Source: Adineta vaga
Taxonomy: Eukaryota > Animalia > Rotifera
DNA: 64,000 nt
Direction of reading: 5' to 3'
Assembly: GCA_021613535.1 (NCBI GenBank)
Contig: CP075492.1
Span: 9,362,001-9,426,000, forward strand
The stretch's first letter is position 1; the number at the start of each line of letters is the position of its first letter. Shown one piece after another: positions 1 to 11,194 of the stretch. The notes beneath the pieces were generated by a model. The model did no database searches, had not been told where the DNA came from, and worked only from the letters and a program-made list of their open reading frames with translations. The position numbers and the translations under genes are program-made.

Positions 1-478
1 TTTTATAACGTGGTAAATGTCCTTGAACATAATCAAAATTATCATCCCAACCGAATTTTTTCATAACTTCCTGTTGAGACGAACGTACTGTATCTAATTC
101 TAGACTATCAAGAATTGAGAGAGTTTCAGCTGTTGATCGATGTTTCGTATAAGTCATCCAACAACATGGTTCAACATCTTCTCGTTGTAAACCCCAATAG
201 GATAATTCATCTTCAAATAAAGGTCCACATACATTTAATGGATAATGTAATGTACCTGTGCGATAGTAATTTAATACTTGAGAAAACACACCTGGATGAC
301 GATCGAAAAAATATTCGTTCAATATCGGATCATAATATGACAATTGTTCAGTTAATTTTGATAAACGTGTTGCTGGAAGTTTTTTTAATGTTGATTTTAA
401 TGTTTCGAAGCGTGTTCCACCAACATTGAGAATAATGCGTGCATCAACATCAGAATTCCCAAGTAGATTTACAGCCAT
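1..478 (-). CDS. Shaw: Voltage-gated K+ channel, Shaw/Kv3 family, N-terminal T1 (BTB) domain; gene runs off the left edge
   Basis: Manual minus-strand translation from ATG at 478: [42 protein letters not shown]...[43 protein letters not shown]...VEPCCWMTY. These are Kv3/Shaw T1 signatures. Missing from the ORF track because no stop lies in the window. Confidence 0.92.
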   Translation of the reverse strand, partial: MAVNLLGNSDVDARIILNVGGTRFETLKSTLKKLPATRLSKLTEQLSYYDPILNEYFFDRHPGVFSQVLNYYRTGTLHYPLNVCGPLFEDELSYWGLQREDVEPCCWMTYTKHRSTAETLSILDSLELDTVRSSQQEVMKKFGWDDNFDYVQGHLPRYK

Positions 479-976
479 AATTTGATCGAAATATTTTGTC
501 AAAGTTTATATTTATTTATTTATTTAACAAATGAACATCTTGTATATCTTTATTAATTCTTATGAAATGAATAGAAACATACGATGTTAGTGATGATTAG
601 AGGAATCGAGAAGAGAAAGAAAAAACGAGAATTTTGGCCTATTGATCATGAGACGCATGCGTAAGAACGGCAAGCATTCGTCGAGATGAAGGAAAAACAA
701 AATTAGGTTCTAGTTCCATTCGCTCATATGCCTTTTTTGCTAAAAAAAAGAAATGCAAGTAAACGACATCGAATGAGAAATAGAAATTCCTTTTTTTTCT
801 CCTCTCGGCAAAAAAAAGGCAAGGGATATATATATTTCTGTAAAAGAACACACACATACACACACTTCCCTATCCTCTGCAAACATCGATAAAAAAAATG
901 AGAAATAAGCGCAGTTATATAGTGTTTTCTTCTCTTCTCTTCGCCTTCTCCGAGAAATACTATAGAATCATTTTTT

Positions 977-2316
977 TTAAATCAATATTGGATCGTCATT
1001 CGATGCCACTGTCATCTCATTATTGAGCGATTTTCGACTTGATTTACGATGAAAACGAGAATCGGGTGTTGATGCTGCTGATTTACTATCTTTTCCATCT
1101 TTATTTCGTGTAAATGGAACTTTTAAACGTGATAATAGTTTCTTTTTCTCGACTTGATCATCAGGTTTCTGATCAGCAGCACGATCATAGATTGGTTTAC
1201 GTTTCGATAATGTCACTTTTCCATCAGCATCAGATTCGTGTACACCATAAACTGTTTTTCCATCGTGAAGAACGAGAAATTCCGGATTAACTTCACGATC
1301 TTGATCTTCTAATTCACGTAATTTTTGAGCATAACGATGTAAATCATCCGTATCAACATCATTAGGATCATCATATTCTTCATTTAGTTCATGAGTTGCT
1401 TGTTCACCGAAAAGTAAATTATTTGGATCACGTACAAGAGTGCTAACACTAGTACGAAAACGGGTGAATAATTTTGGTTTTGGACCGTTTGATTTTGCTC
1501 CGGGTTTATTATCATCTTTCGAAGCACCGGGTATCATTTTTCTTATACGAGATTTATGTTCATTTCGAGCTCCTTTTGGTAAATGAACAACACACCAATT
1601 ATCATCACCAACATAATCAGAAAACTTCATTTTTGATGCTAAATTACTGTATATATCAATAATTGATTGTTGGTATTCACCTATATCATTGCCAGCTATC
1701 GGTATATCATTGGGGTACATATCAGGATCAGGATCAGGAATCATTTCACCCATTTCTAGAATAAGATATAATTGATTAAGACGATAGTATATAAGAAATA
1801 TTGCATACCTGGAATGACATCATCAAGATTAGTAACTTGTACATCTTCAAATGAATCGGATCGTGGTTTTGACGGCGTTTTAGATTTCTTCGATTTTTTT
1901 ACTTTTGGTTTTGTTTCAACATAGGGTTCAATTTCATCTACCGCTGTTGCTTCGATCATATGAAATTCATCATCAATCGGAGCAACTTTTGGTGCTTTCG
2001 ATTTTTTCTTTTTGATTGGCTCATCTGTTCCGTTGTTTTCATTAGTTTCTGTTTCCGCTTTCGGCGCACGTTTTTTCTTTGGTTTCGCCGGAACTTCTTG
2101 ATCTCCATTTGATGCTTCTTTTTCTACAGGTTTTGAAAGGTTTGATTCATAAACATGTTCTCCATCACCAGCGATAATTTTTGGTGCTTTACGTTTTTTT
2201 TCACCATTTACTTCTCCTTCATGTGCCGCTGTTTTTGATGAAGATTTCTTTTTACTTGAATGATGTTCACCAGTTTTACTACTGGCAATCGATTGATCTT
2301 TTTCTGTTTCAGTCAT
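977..2316 (-). CDS. Hypothetical Lys/Glu-rich, probably disordered protein, 2 exons (2316-1809, 1755-977)
   Basis: ORFs 1756..2382 and 977..1753 are joined in frame by a GT-AG intron (1808-1756). ATG at 2316 gives MTETEK. No recognisable domain. Confidence 0.7.
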
Positions 2317-2489
2317 CGATTTTATGTTGTTTCTAAATAATTTACGTATGAGAACAAAGTATATTTTTCGATGAATAAGCACTTTCTTTTATTCAATATT
2401 ATTAATGCGCTCAAGCGTATCGCACGCATGGTACACGAAGCAAGGAAGAGTATGAATACATGACTACAAAACAAAACGTTATGTGATTA

Positions 2490-5318
2490 CTAATTAGAGT
2501 CGTTTAGTAAGCGTCGGGGTGGTATACTCTACAAATAATATCAATGAATAGAATCGAAAGAAAATAACAAAAAACACAACTATTTACTTTGGTACGTTTT
2601 CGTATCGCGTCCAATTCTGTTTCATAAGCTTTCAATAAAGTTTCAAGATATCTCTCGATTTCTTCAACATGTCGATTACTAGGATTGAAAGCATTTTCAA
2701 TAAGAATTTTATATAAAGTTCGATTGATGATAATCTAAATAAAAGTACAAAATAAACTTTATATCTGATTATCGGATAGAAAATATCTGTATACATTATG
2801 ATTGTGAACTCGAGCTTGTTTTAATTTGAATAATTCTTCAGCGATTAATTTATGTCGTTCATAAAGTTTAACTGATGTTGCAATTGAATTTGATGTATGA
2901 ATTATAATTTTCTCACTTGAAGGTAATCTTCAAAAGGAAAGAAAAAGATTTAATTCGAAGAAAATATAAGATGATTTTCGTAGTACAGATGATCAGTACT
3001 ATGACTCAATGATGTTGTCATTGTTTTTAATGCTGCAAATTGTTGACGACGTTCTTCTATAGACTTGTTCTCTTCTTTAGCACTATCTAATAAATAAGAT
3101 GCACGTCTAGATGAATGTTTTTTTGATTGTTTCAAACGATCTTCAATTCGTTTATTATCTAAACATATTTTCGCTTGTTTTAAAAGTATATCTTGAGATT
3201 GGACGATTGGAATAATCTTCTTAACTGAATGAATAGGAGAAGAATTATTTGATTTCTTATCGATAGGTTGACTATTTCTTGCGAATAATTTCCGACGTTG
3301 ATCAGCAATTGAACATGAATTTCGTTTCGATTGACGAAGAAATTTTTGAATACGCCGAGCAAATATATTTGCTAAGAGATTACCACGTTGACCACCATAA
3401 TTATAGGCAAGATATTCAGCACATGTATCTTGACAACGTATATGAGCAAGATCATATGGTGTAATATAATTTCGCTAAGATATTAGAAGAAAAAAAAACA
3501 TTAAGTATTATCTGTCAAAACATATCAATTTAATTTAATTATTCTTCAAGAAAAATAGTGAGGTTATTTTCAAGTACTGTGATGAAGTACAATATTTCAC
3601 TTCAAAATTTTTATCTGTCAACTTCAACTTTGAAAAACTATTCATGATATTTAAATACAAAAACTTACAGTTGTTGTTTGAATAAATGAATTAATTTTTG
3701 CTCCACATTCAATTAATACTTTACACATGGATATATTTCCTAAATTAGCAGCTAGATGAAGTGGAGTTCGTTGTTCATCGTTACGAATATTCACTTTATC
3801 AGGATATAAATTAAAAATATATCGAATGAAATCTAACACAGAACAAGATTTGTTTCTATTTTTCAATTAGAATAATTTACTTATACCGATATATTGTCTT
3901 TGTAATATATCATTTGACTTAGTACAATCTTTCGAATCTGACATGCCATTGATTGCTTCATGAATTGGATAATCTCCACGTTTATTTCGAATCCAAATAT
4001 TGCCACCGTATTTTATCAAATGTTTTAAACAAGCAAGATTTCCTTTCAATGCTGCACAATGACTTGGTCTAGAATAGATTTAATCATAATCAATTTCTAA
4101 TTTGAATAATTAACTTTACATACGTTCTTCCACGATTATCTTGATGATTCGGATTTGCTTTCAGATCAAGTAAAATCTGGCAAATATCTGGATGTTGAAA
4201 CGAAATAGCATAAAATAAAGCTGTACATCCATTGATATCTTCACCTAGTAGATTTTCTCATACTATAAAGAGTAAAGAAAATTTATATTGTATACAAACC
4301 TTCCAAAGGACAATCATACAATTCCACTAATATACGAATACAATTTGCATGTCCTCGAGTTGCTACACCATGAAGAGCTAAATAATACAGGGAGATAATA
4401 ATCCTGAATATTTCCAAAACATTTACCAGTGAGAGAATCTTTGTCTATCTGTTGTGGATTGGCACCTGCTTTGTACAATATTCGTAATGCATTAATAGCA
4501 CCTAAATCAAATATCAAAGTCAGAAATAAAGTCATACTCTGCATAGAACTTTACCTGCACTTGCAGCCCATATAAATGGTGTACGTTGTTGTTTATCCAC
4601 GCAATTTACATCCACACCAGAATCAATTAGTTTCTTTAAAATAGTTAATCCTAATTTGATAAAAATGAATATTAATCTATTTTCATTATTCTTCTACCTC
4701 CTATTGCATCATCCTTTCCACACAATTGTGCGACATAATGAAGTGGAAATACACCATACATATCAACGGTATGTATTGGTGCACCATATTTCACCAAAAT
4801 ATCAAAAAGATGGACATGCCCACATACTATGATAAATCATCTTTGTTCGATAGTATTCCTTTTAACAAAAACAATCTACCTGCTATCCAATGAATAAGTG
4901 TATGCGATTCAAAATCAACTAATTGCACATCTGCACCTTGTTCACATAAATATTTTACCATTGTTAGATTTCCATTTAAGCAAGCTAGAATTCGAAAAGC
5001 AATGACAAACCTAGTCGATTACATTTGAAATCTACCTAAATGAAGTGCAGTACATCCTTCATTATCTTGTCGATTAAGGATTGATTTTCGTATTGATTCA
5101 TCTTTTAATAAAACTTGAGCACAATCGATCTTTTCATGTTCACTACAATAATGAAGTGCTGTTCGGCCTTCATCATCAAATTGTGTTAAATCACACTAAA
5201 AATAATTATTACCAAAATCGAACGAAGCTATAGTACTATCTATTCTTACTTGTTGTTCAATGAATGATCGAATTTGTTCAATGTCTGCATTTTGACAAGC
5301 TTCGAATAGCGACGACAT
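2490..5318 (-). CDS. Multi-exon ankyrin-repeat protein with an IQ motif (inversin/diego-like)
   Basis: ATG 5318 (MSSLFEACQNAD). Many ankyrin repeats across short exons (GRTALHYC, GCTALHLA, QRTPFIWAA, RTPLHLAANLGN, DYPIHEA). IQ-like ANIFARRIQKFLRQ follows the last repeat. The last exon encodes SIPPRRLLNDSN with TAG at 2492-2490. Confidence 0.8.
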
Positions 5319-6609
5319 ACTTTTGTTTTTATTGAAATGAAAGGTGCAAGTAATGTGATACTTTCTTTTCCTGATTGTAACTATGAACGTAATAAAAAGA
5401 AAAGAAAACAATGTGTTCTATCTTTCTTATTATCTTTAATAAAGAATATAAGACGAGATAGATATATAAACACTATTTTCTTGCTGTCATGCCAGCAGGA
5501 AAGAATAGATAAGAAGAAAAAAGAGAAAAAAAAGAAGGCTAATTGAAAGTGGTTCCAAGAAAAATTTTGAATAGATTTCAAACTTCTTTTTTCCATCGGA
5601 TATACATAGATATGATTCTAACAAATATGCTGATGAATTTTCATCGTTCTTTCATATACTTTTTTTTTCATGTTGCTTTCATCAGCACTTTGGTAGATGT
5701 TATGGTGCTTTTATTTTCAGAAGATATATATATGTCGTCATTGAATCCTTTCATTTGTATGTTTTATGTAAAGTAATTACGTTCTTTTTCTCTTTATTCG
5801 TAAACTATTGTCAGTGAATTAATAGACACCACATGTCATTATATTACATCTTCCTGTTAAAGTTAAAATGCATTCAAGGATAAATATTATCAAAGACTAT
5901 TTATATTCTAGATAATATCTAATTTTCTTCTTATCAAATGAACTTTATGAGCCTTTGACTACGCACTTCGTCTGAGACAGAATCATTACTTTCTAACGCA
6001 CATTAAAGAATGAATTATTGAGCATGCCTTTTTTTATACTGATGTGTATAAACACGCAAAAGTACTTTGTTGCAAAGTTGTCAAAAAAATTGACATAAGA
6101 AGAGATAGTATATGAATAGAAATTAAAAAAAAGTGTGTTCATTATTTTATTTAACACAAGAAATCTATTCTGAACTTGACAAGATTTAAAAAAAGAAAGT
6201 AGATATCATCATTGTTATTTAGATTCCTGTTTTTACGAATTTATTCAGTGAATGTTATCGAATACGATAGAATCATTCGAGACGGTTATATATACTCTTG
6301 TAATTGTAATTATCAAGAATTTGACTTATACTCTACTGTTCTCCAATTTCTACGATAGATGTCGCTTTATAATTTTTCCAATCAGTGATTAGTTCATCAA
6401 TGATACCAATCAAAAAAATATCTTGACACGGGACGGCAACGGATGTGTATGGTGAAGTAAAGAAACAGAGTTATTTATTTCGCAATAAAGTATCATGGAA
6501 TAAATAGATTAAAATCATTGCATACTTGCGCATATTTTATTAGTTCATTGAAATAGATATTATTCTAAATGTCAATATCTTATCGATACATATTCATTGA
6601 TTTCTTATC

Positions 6610-7883
6610 ATGACAAACAATCAATATGAATTAGTTCAACATTGTATAGATACTGGAGAATTTGTGTCCATAAAAACGTTTGGTCATTATTTATTATTTC
6701 ATCAAAATGTTATAACCTATTCAGCTACTGATCAGTTAAACATAGGTAAATTCCTTTTTCATTCGATAGATATCAATCATTCATATTTTCTATTTAGATT
6801 TACCATTAGCTATTCTACGACGAATCAATGGTATAAATCCTATTTCTATAAATGATGCTCAAATCATTTCACATGTCACTTCGTCAAATTATGATTTGAT
6901 CATATTTGCCGATAAATCAATTGTATATACTCGTAAACGTAAATCAACGGATGAAGATAATCATGTAAAACGATTAAAACCATTGCCATATTATGTTCAA
7001 GAAGATTTAGAATTACTTGAAAATGTTGGCATGTCAAAAGAAGAAATTGATATCTTCGTTAAAAAACTTGATATGAATAATGAAATAGATTTTTTTAATT
7101 CAAAAAAATCAGATAAAATTATTCAAAAAATTATTTATTTTACTGATATTCCAACACGATTAAAGTAAGAATGATTGATGAAAAAGCATCTTATTTGTTT
7201 GTTTGTTTTTAATATGCATTTTAGATGTCGACAAGTTTCATATCGATGGAAAAATTTTGTAGATAGTTCAAATTGTGTAAGACTTTTGTTTTATTCGAAT
7301 ATAATTGCATAATTCATTTTTATTTCTAGTGGAATTTTGTAAAATTATCGAAATTTTGTTCAAATATTCATCTTGCTTTAGATTATTTTCAAAATATTGA
7401 TATACGAGAATTGGTATGTTGATTATCGACATTGTTTTCATTGATATTATAATAAAAACAAACTTTCTAGGATCTTTCCGAATCATTATTTGAATGTACA
7501 ACATTTGAATTTTCAAATCAAATTTCTATTTATTCTCTTCGATCACTTTGCATATCAACAGATCATCCCTTAGAATTATTTACTTTACTATTCAAAATTG
7601 CACCATTTTTACAACATATTAAATTAATTCAAACATATAATTCATCCCTAAAACTTAAGACTAATAACAATCAATTGTATGAATACATTCAATTTGTTAT
7701 TGGTCAATGTCAAGAACGATTAAAATGTTTACGTCGTTTACATATTCAATTACGATCTGTATCTGATCAGGTAAGACAACTATCAATTCTATTGATTTAA
7801 CTGTTTGTTTCTTTCTTCAGATATTTCTCGAATCGTCTTCCATTACATCGATTCCTATCTCATATGAAGTGATTAATTATTAA
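6610..7883 (+). CDS. F-box protein with LRR-like C-terminus, multi-exon
   Basis: Spliced translation gives DKIIQKIIYFTDIPTRLK|CRQVSYRWKNFVDSSNC|WNFVKL (F-box pattern), then LRR-like LRSLCI, LQHIKL, LRRLHI. Stop TAA at 7881-7883. Confidence 0.6.
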
Positions 7884-8004
7884 AGCAATGATGACCCCTT
7901 TTTGTTTTGTTCAGATAAAACGTCTTTTTTTCTGTTTCAATTAATTGAATTCGTTGTGTGTTTGTGTTTATAGAAATTTTCAGCAATTTGTGTTTCTATT
8001 CTAG

Positions 8005-8631
8005 ATGGTAGAAGAACGTGATTTTCTCTTCTGGCGTCGATTATTGATTATATTCAATATATTTTATATTATATTAGCATTTGTCTTCTTCTTTTTTGCA
8101 ATATTTACTCGAGTAAATTCTGCCATCATAGATCTTCATTTATTCGTTGGCTTAATCATTCTTAGTCTTTATCTTTTCTTTTCATCTTGCTTTGGCTTGT
8201 TTGCAGTTATAAAACATCATCAAGTTTTCTTATTTTTCTATATTATTCTTCTTGTCATCTTATTTCTCTTTCAATTCATTCTCGCTTGTACTTATTTAAC
8301 AATTCGTGGTGAAAAGAAACATGATTTATTGAAGACTAGTTATCTAAAATCAACTGATCGTATTCAATCAAAATATAATTGTTGTGGATTTGATAATTCA
8401 ACGGAATTTAATCGTAAACAAACATGTGGAAATTTACCTTGTTGTCAAACATCAAATCAATGTTGTGAATTATTACCAATGTGTCATTCATTATTACAAG
8501 AGACATTAAATAAAAATTTAAAAATTATCGGATCAATTATACTCATTTTTACATTAACTCAAATCATTGCCATTTATTTAACTTTAAAATTTCGAAATAT
8601 TCGAAATCCATCATTATTTGTCGATATGTGA
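8005..8631 (+). CDS. Tetraspanin (TSPAN13/31-like), single coding exon
   Basis: Four hydrophobic segments, CCG motif (SKYNCCGFDN) in a Cys-rich large loop, and a TSPAN13/31-like IKHHQVFLFFYIILL segment. Confidence 0.88.
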   Translation: MVEERDFLFWRRLLIIFNIFYIILAFVFFFFAIFTRVNSAIIDLHLFVGLIILSLYLFFSSCFGLFAVIKHHQVFLFFYIILLVILFLFQFILACTYLTIRGEKKHDLLKTSYLKSTDRIQSKYNCCGFDNSTEFNRKQTCGNLPCCQTSNQCCELLPMCHSLLQETLNKNLKIIGSIILIFTLTQIIAIYLTLKFRNIRNPSLFVDM

Positions 8632-8755
8632 TATTGTGAATCTCGTGTTTTTTTCTCCTCATACTGGTCAATAGAATAAAATCAATTTCTTTTGGATAGA
8701 TCTAAAAAAGGAAGAATCTGAATAATTTTTTTAAAATGTTTTTCTCTTTTCAGAT

Positions 8756-10610
8756 ATGTCACAGCAACATTTTACGACTCCACCATCTATTCTCGCTCGA
8801 CAAAAAGATGGCGAGGGACCAAAGAAACAAACACGAGAAGAATATCGACAACAAAAAGAATTAGAAGAATTACGAAAAGCAGGTTCAGCACCAGCCGAAG
8901 TCGATGAAGAAGGTAAAGATATCAATCCTCATATACCAAAATATATGACCGATGTACCATGGTATGTTACATATGATCATGCAAAACCAACACTTAAACA
9001 TCAACGTATTCATCCAGAAAAATCCAAAGAATATGATACACTAAATGATTGGTAAGTTGAAATCCTCAAGAAAAGATGTAAAGATTTTGATTGACATATG
9101 TAGGTATGCTCGTGGCCATGCAGATAAAATTGCAACACGTTATCGTGCAGGTGCTTGTGAAAATTGTGGTGCCATGACTCATAAACGAAAGGATTGTGTT
9201 GAACGTCCACGTCGTTTAGGCGCACGTTTTACTGGTACGGATTTTGCTCCTGATGAATATGTTCAACCAGATATTAACTTATCCTATGATGGTAAACGTG
9301 ATCGTTGGAATGGTATTGATATTAATTGGCATCAACAAAAACTTCAAGATGAACATAAACGTTTAGCTGACGCAAAGCAAGTTTTAAAAGCGAAAAAATT
9401 AGATGAAGAAGCAGAAGCTGAAGAACAAGCCGAAGTTGCAGCAGCAGAATTGAATGCAACGGATGGATCTGAACCAGTCGTCACTGTAACAGCAAAACCA
9501 GCTGGATCTGATGTGAAATCCAAATCGAAAAAACCTGATTCAGATGATGATGATGAAGATGAAGAATATAAATATACTGATTCAATGGATATGCCTGGTC
9601 AACATGTCGATTCTAAACAACGTATTAGTGTTCGTAATTTACGTATTCGTGAAGATACAGCTAAATATCTACTTAATCTCGATGCTAATTCGGCTTATTA
9701 CGATCCCAAATCACGTTCTATGCGTGAAAATCCATTTGATGGAACAAATAAAGATCCATCACAAGTACCTTATTTAGGTGATAATTTTGTTCGTTATTCA
9801 GGTGATGCTAAACAATTTGCTAAAAGTCAAATATTTGCATGGGAAGCAACAGATAAAGGTGTTAGTATTCATACTCAAGCTGATCCAACAAAATTGGAAT
9901 TATTAAATAAAGAATTTCATGAGAAAAAAAATCAATTTGTTAAAACTGTTCAACAACAATTAGTTGAACGATATGGTGGAGAAGAACATTTAAATAGTAT
10001 TCCACGTGAATTAGTTGTCGAAGCACAAACAGAACAATATGTTGAATATAATCGTTTTGGTAAAGTTATTAAAGGTGATCAACGTGCAACAATCAAATCA
10101 AAATATGTGGAAGATGTTTATGAAAATGAACATACATCTATTTGGGGTTCTTACTGGCAGAATCATCGATGGGGTTATGCATGTTGTCATTTATTAATGC
10201 GACAATCCTATTGTCCTGGAACAATTATTGAAGAGAAAGAAATTATTTTTGAAACAAACAAAACATCCGATGAAACCGATGGTGACAAACCAAAATCATT
10301 AGTTGAAATGCATCGAGAGAAATTAAATAAACAAAAAATTCAACCGAAAGCATCGACAGCAACTGAAGAGAAGAATTCTGTTACGAAAAAATTAGATAAG
10401 AAAAAAGTACAAGAAGCAGCAAGAGACCTTGAAAAACGTGAAAAACAAGATGAAGACGTGTCTCTTCTCGATGAACGAAAGCGCAAATATAATTCATTGA
10501 AAACTGATACTGTTGATTATAAGGAACCAACTGAAGAAGAATTAGAAGCTTATCGATTGAAAAAACATCGTCATGAGGATCCTATGGCACAATTTATGTT
10601 AAACTCTTAA
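8756..10610 (+). CDS. SLU7: Pre-mRNA splicing factor SLU7, 2 exons (intron 9052-9103)
   Basis: [28 protein letters not shown], zinc knuckle [63 protein letters not shown]-terminal EDPMAQF. Confidence 0.97.
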
Positions 10611-11194
10611 TTTGTTTTTTTTTCTGTACGCGTAATTGTGTGTATAACGTTATCTATTATATTGTATTCTCGTATTTGTTTAAAATAAAGAACAATTGAA
10701 AGTGAAGATTTGTTTATCATTCAGAATAACTTAGCATTGTTTTCAAATTATTGACGATATTGAAATAAATCGTAACGAACGAAGACAAAACTTTACAATT
10801 TATGTTGATCATCTTTTTAAATTTTGAATCTGCTTCACCAAGAAATCATTTCGTTGGAGTTAATGTCTGACATCTTTATATCGACAAAGATTAAGCGATC
10901 AACAATTGGCTAGAAGAAATAAAAAATATTTAGTTACCACTGCTTCACTGCGACTACGTCAGCGTCACAACACATCTTATTGACATTTCCTGTTCTTTCC
11001 TCCATTAGGATTAAGAGATCTCGTATCGCTCAAATTTCCTTGTCTTTTTCTTCTTATTTTTTTCACTATGACATTATACTACAACTAATACATGATGTAT
11101 TTATCATCTATCCATTGATAACCGTCTCCAAATTGAACCAGGCGATCAGTACATTTCTGCTGTAGAAAATATCATTTGTGAATTATGTTTTAAT

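Noticed and set aside
9045-9103. ORF track extends SLU7 upstream as [20 protein letters not shown]
   Set aside because: This is read-through of the 52-nt GT-AG intron 9052-9103; the real N-terminus is the exon starting at 8756.
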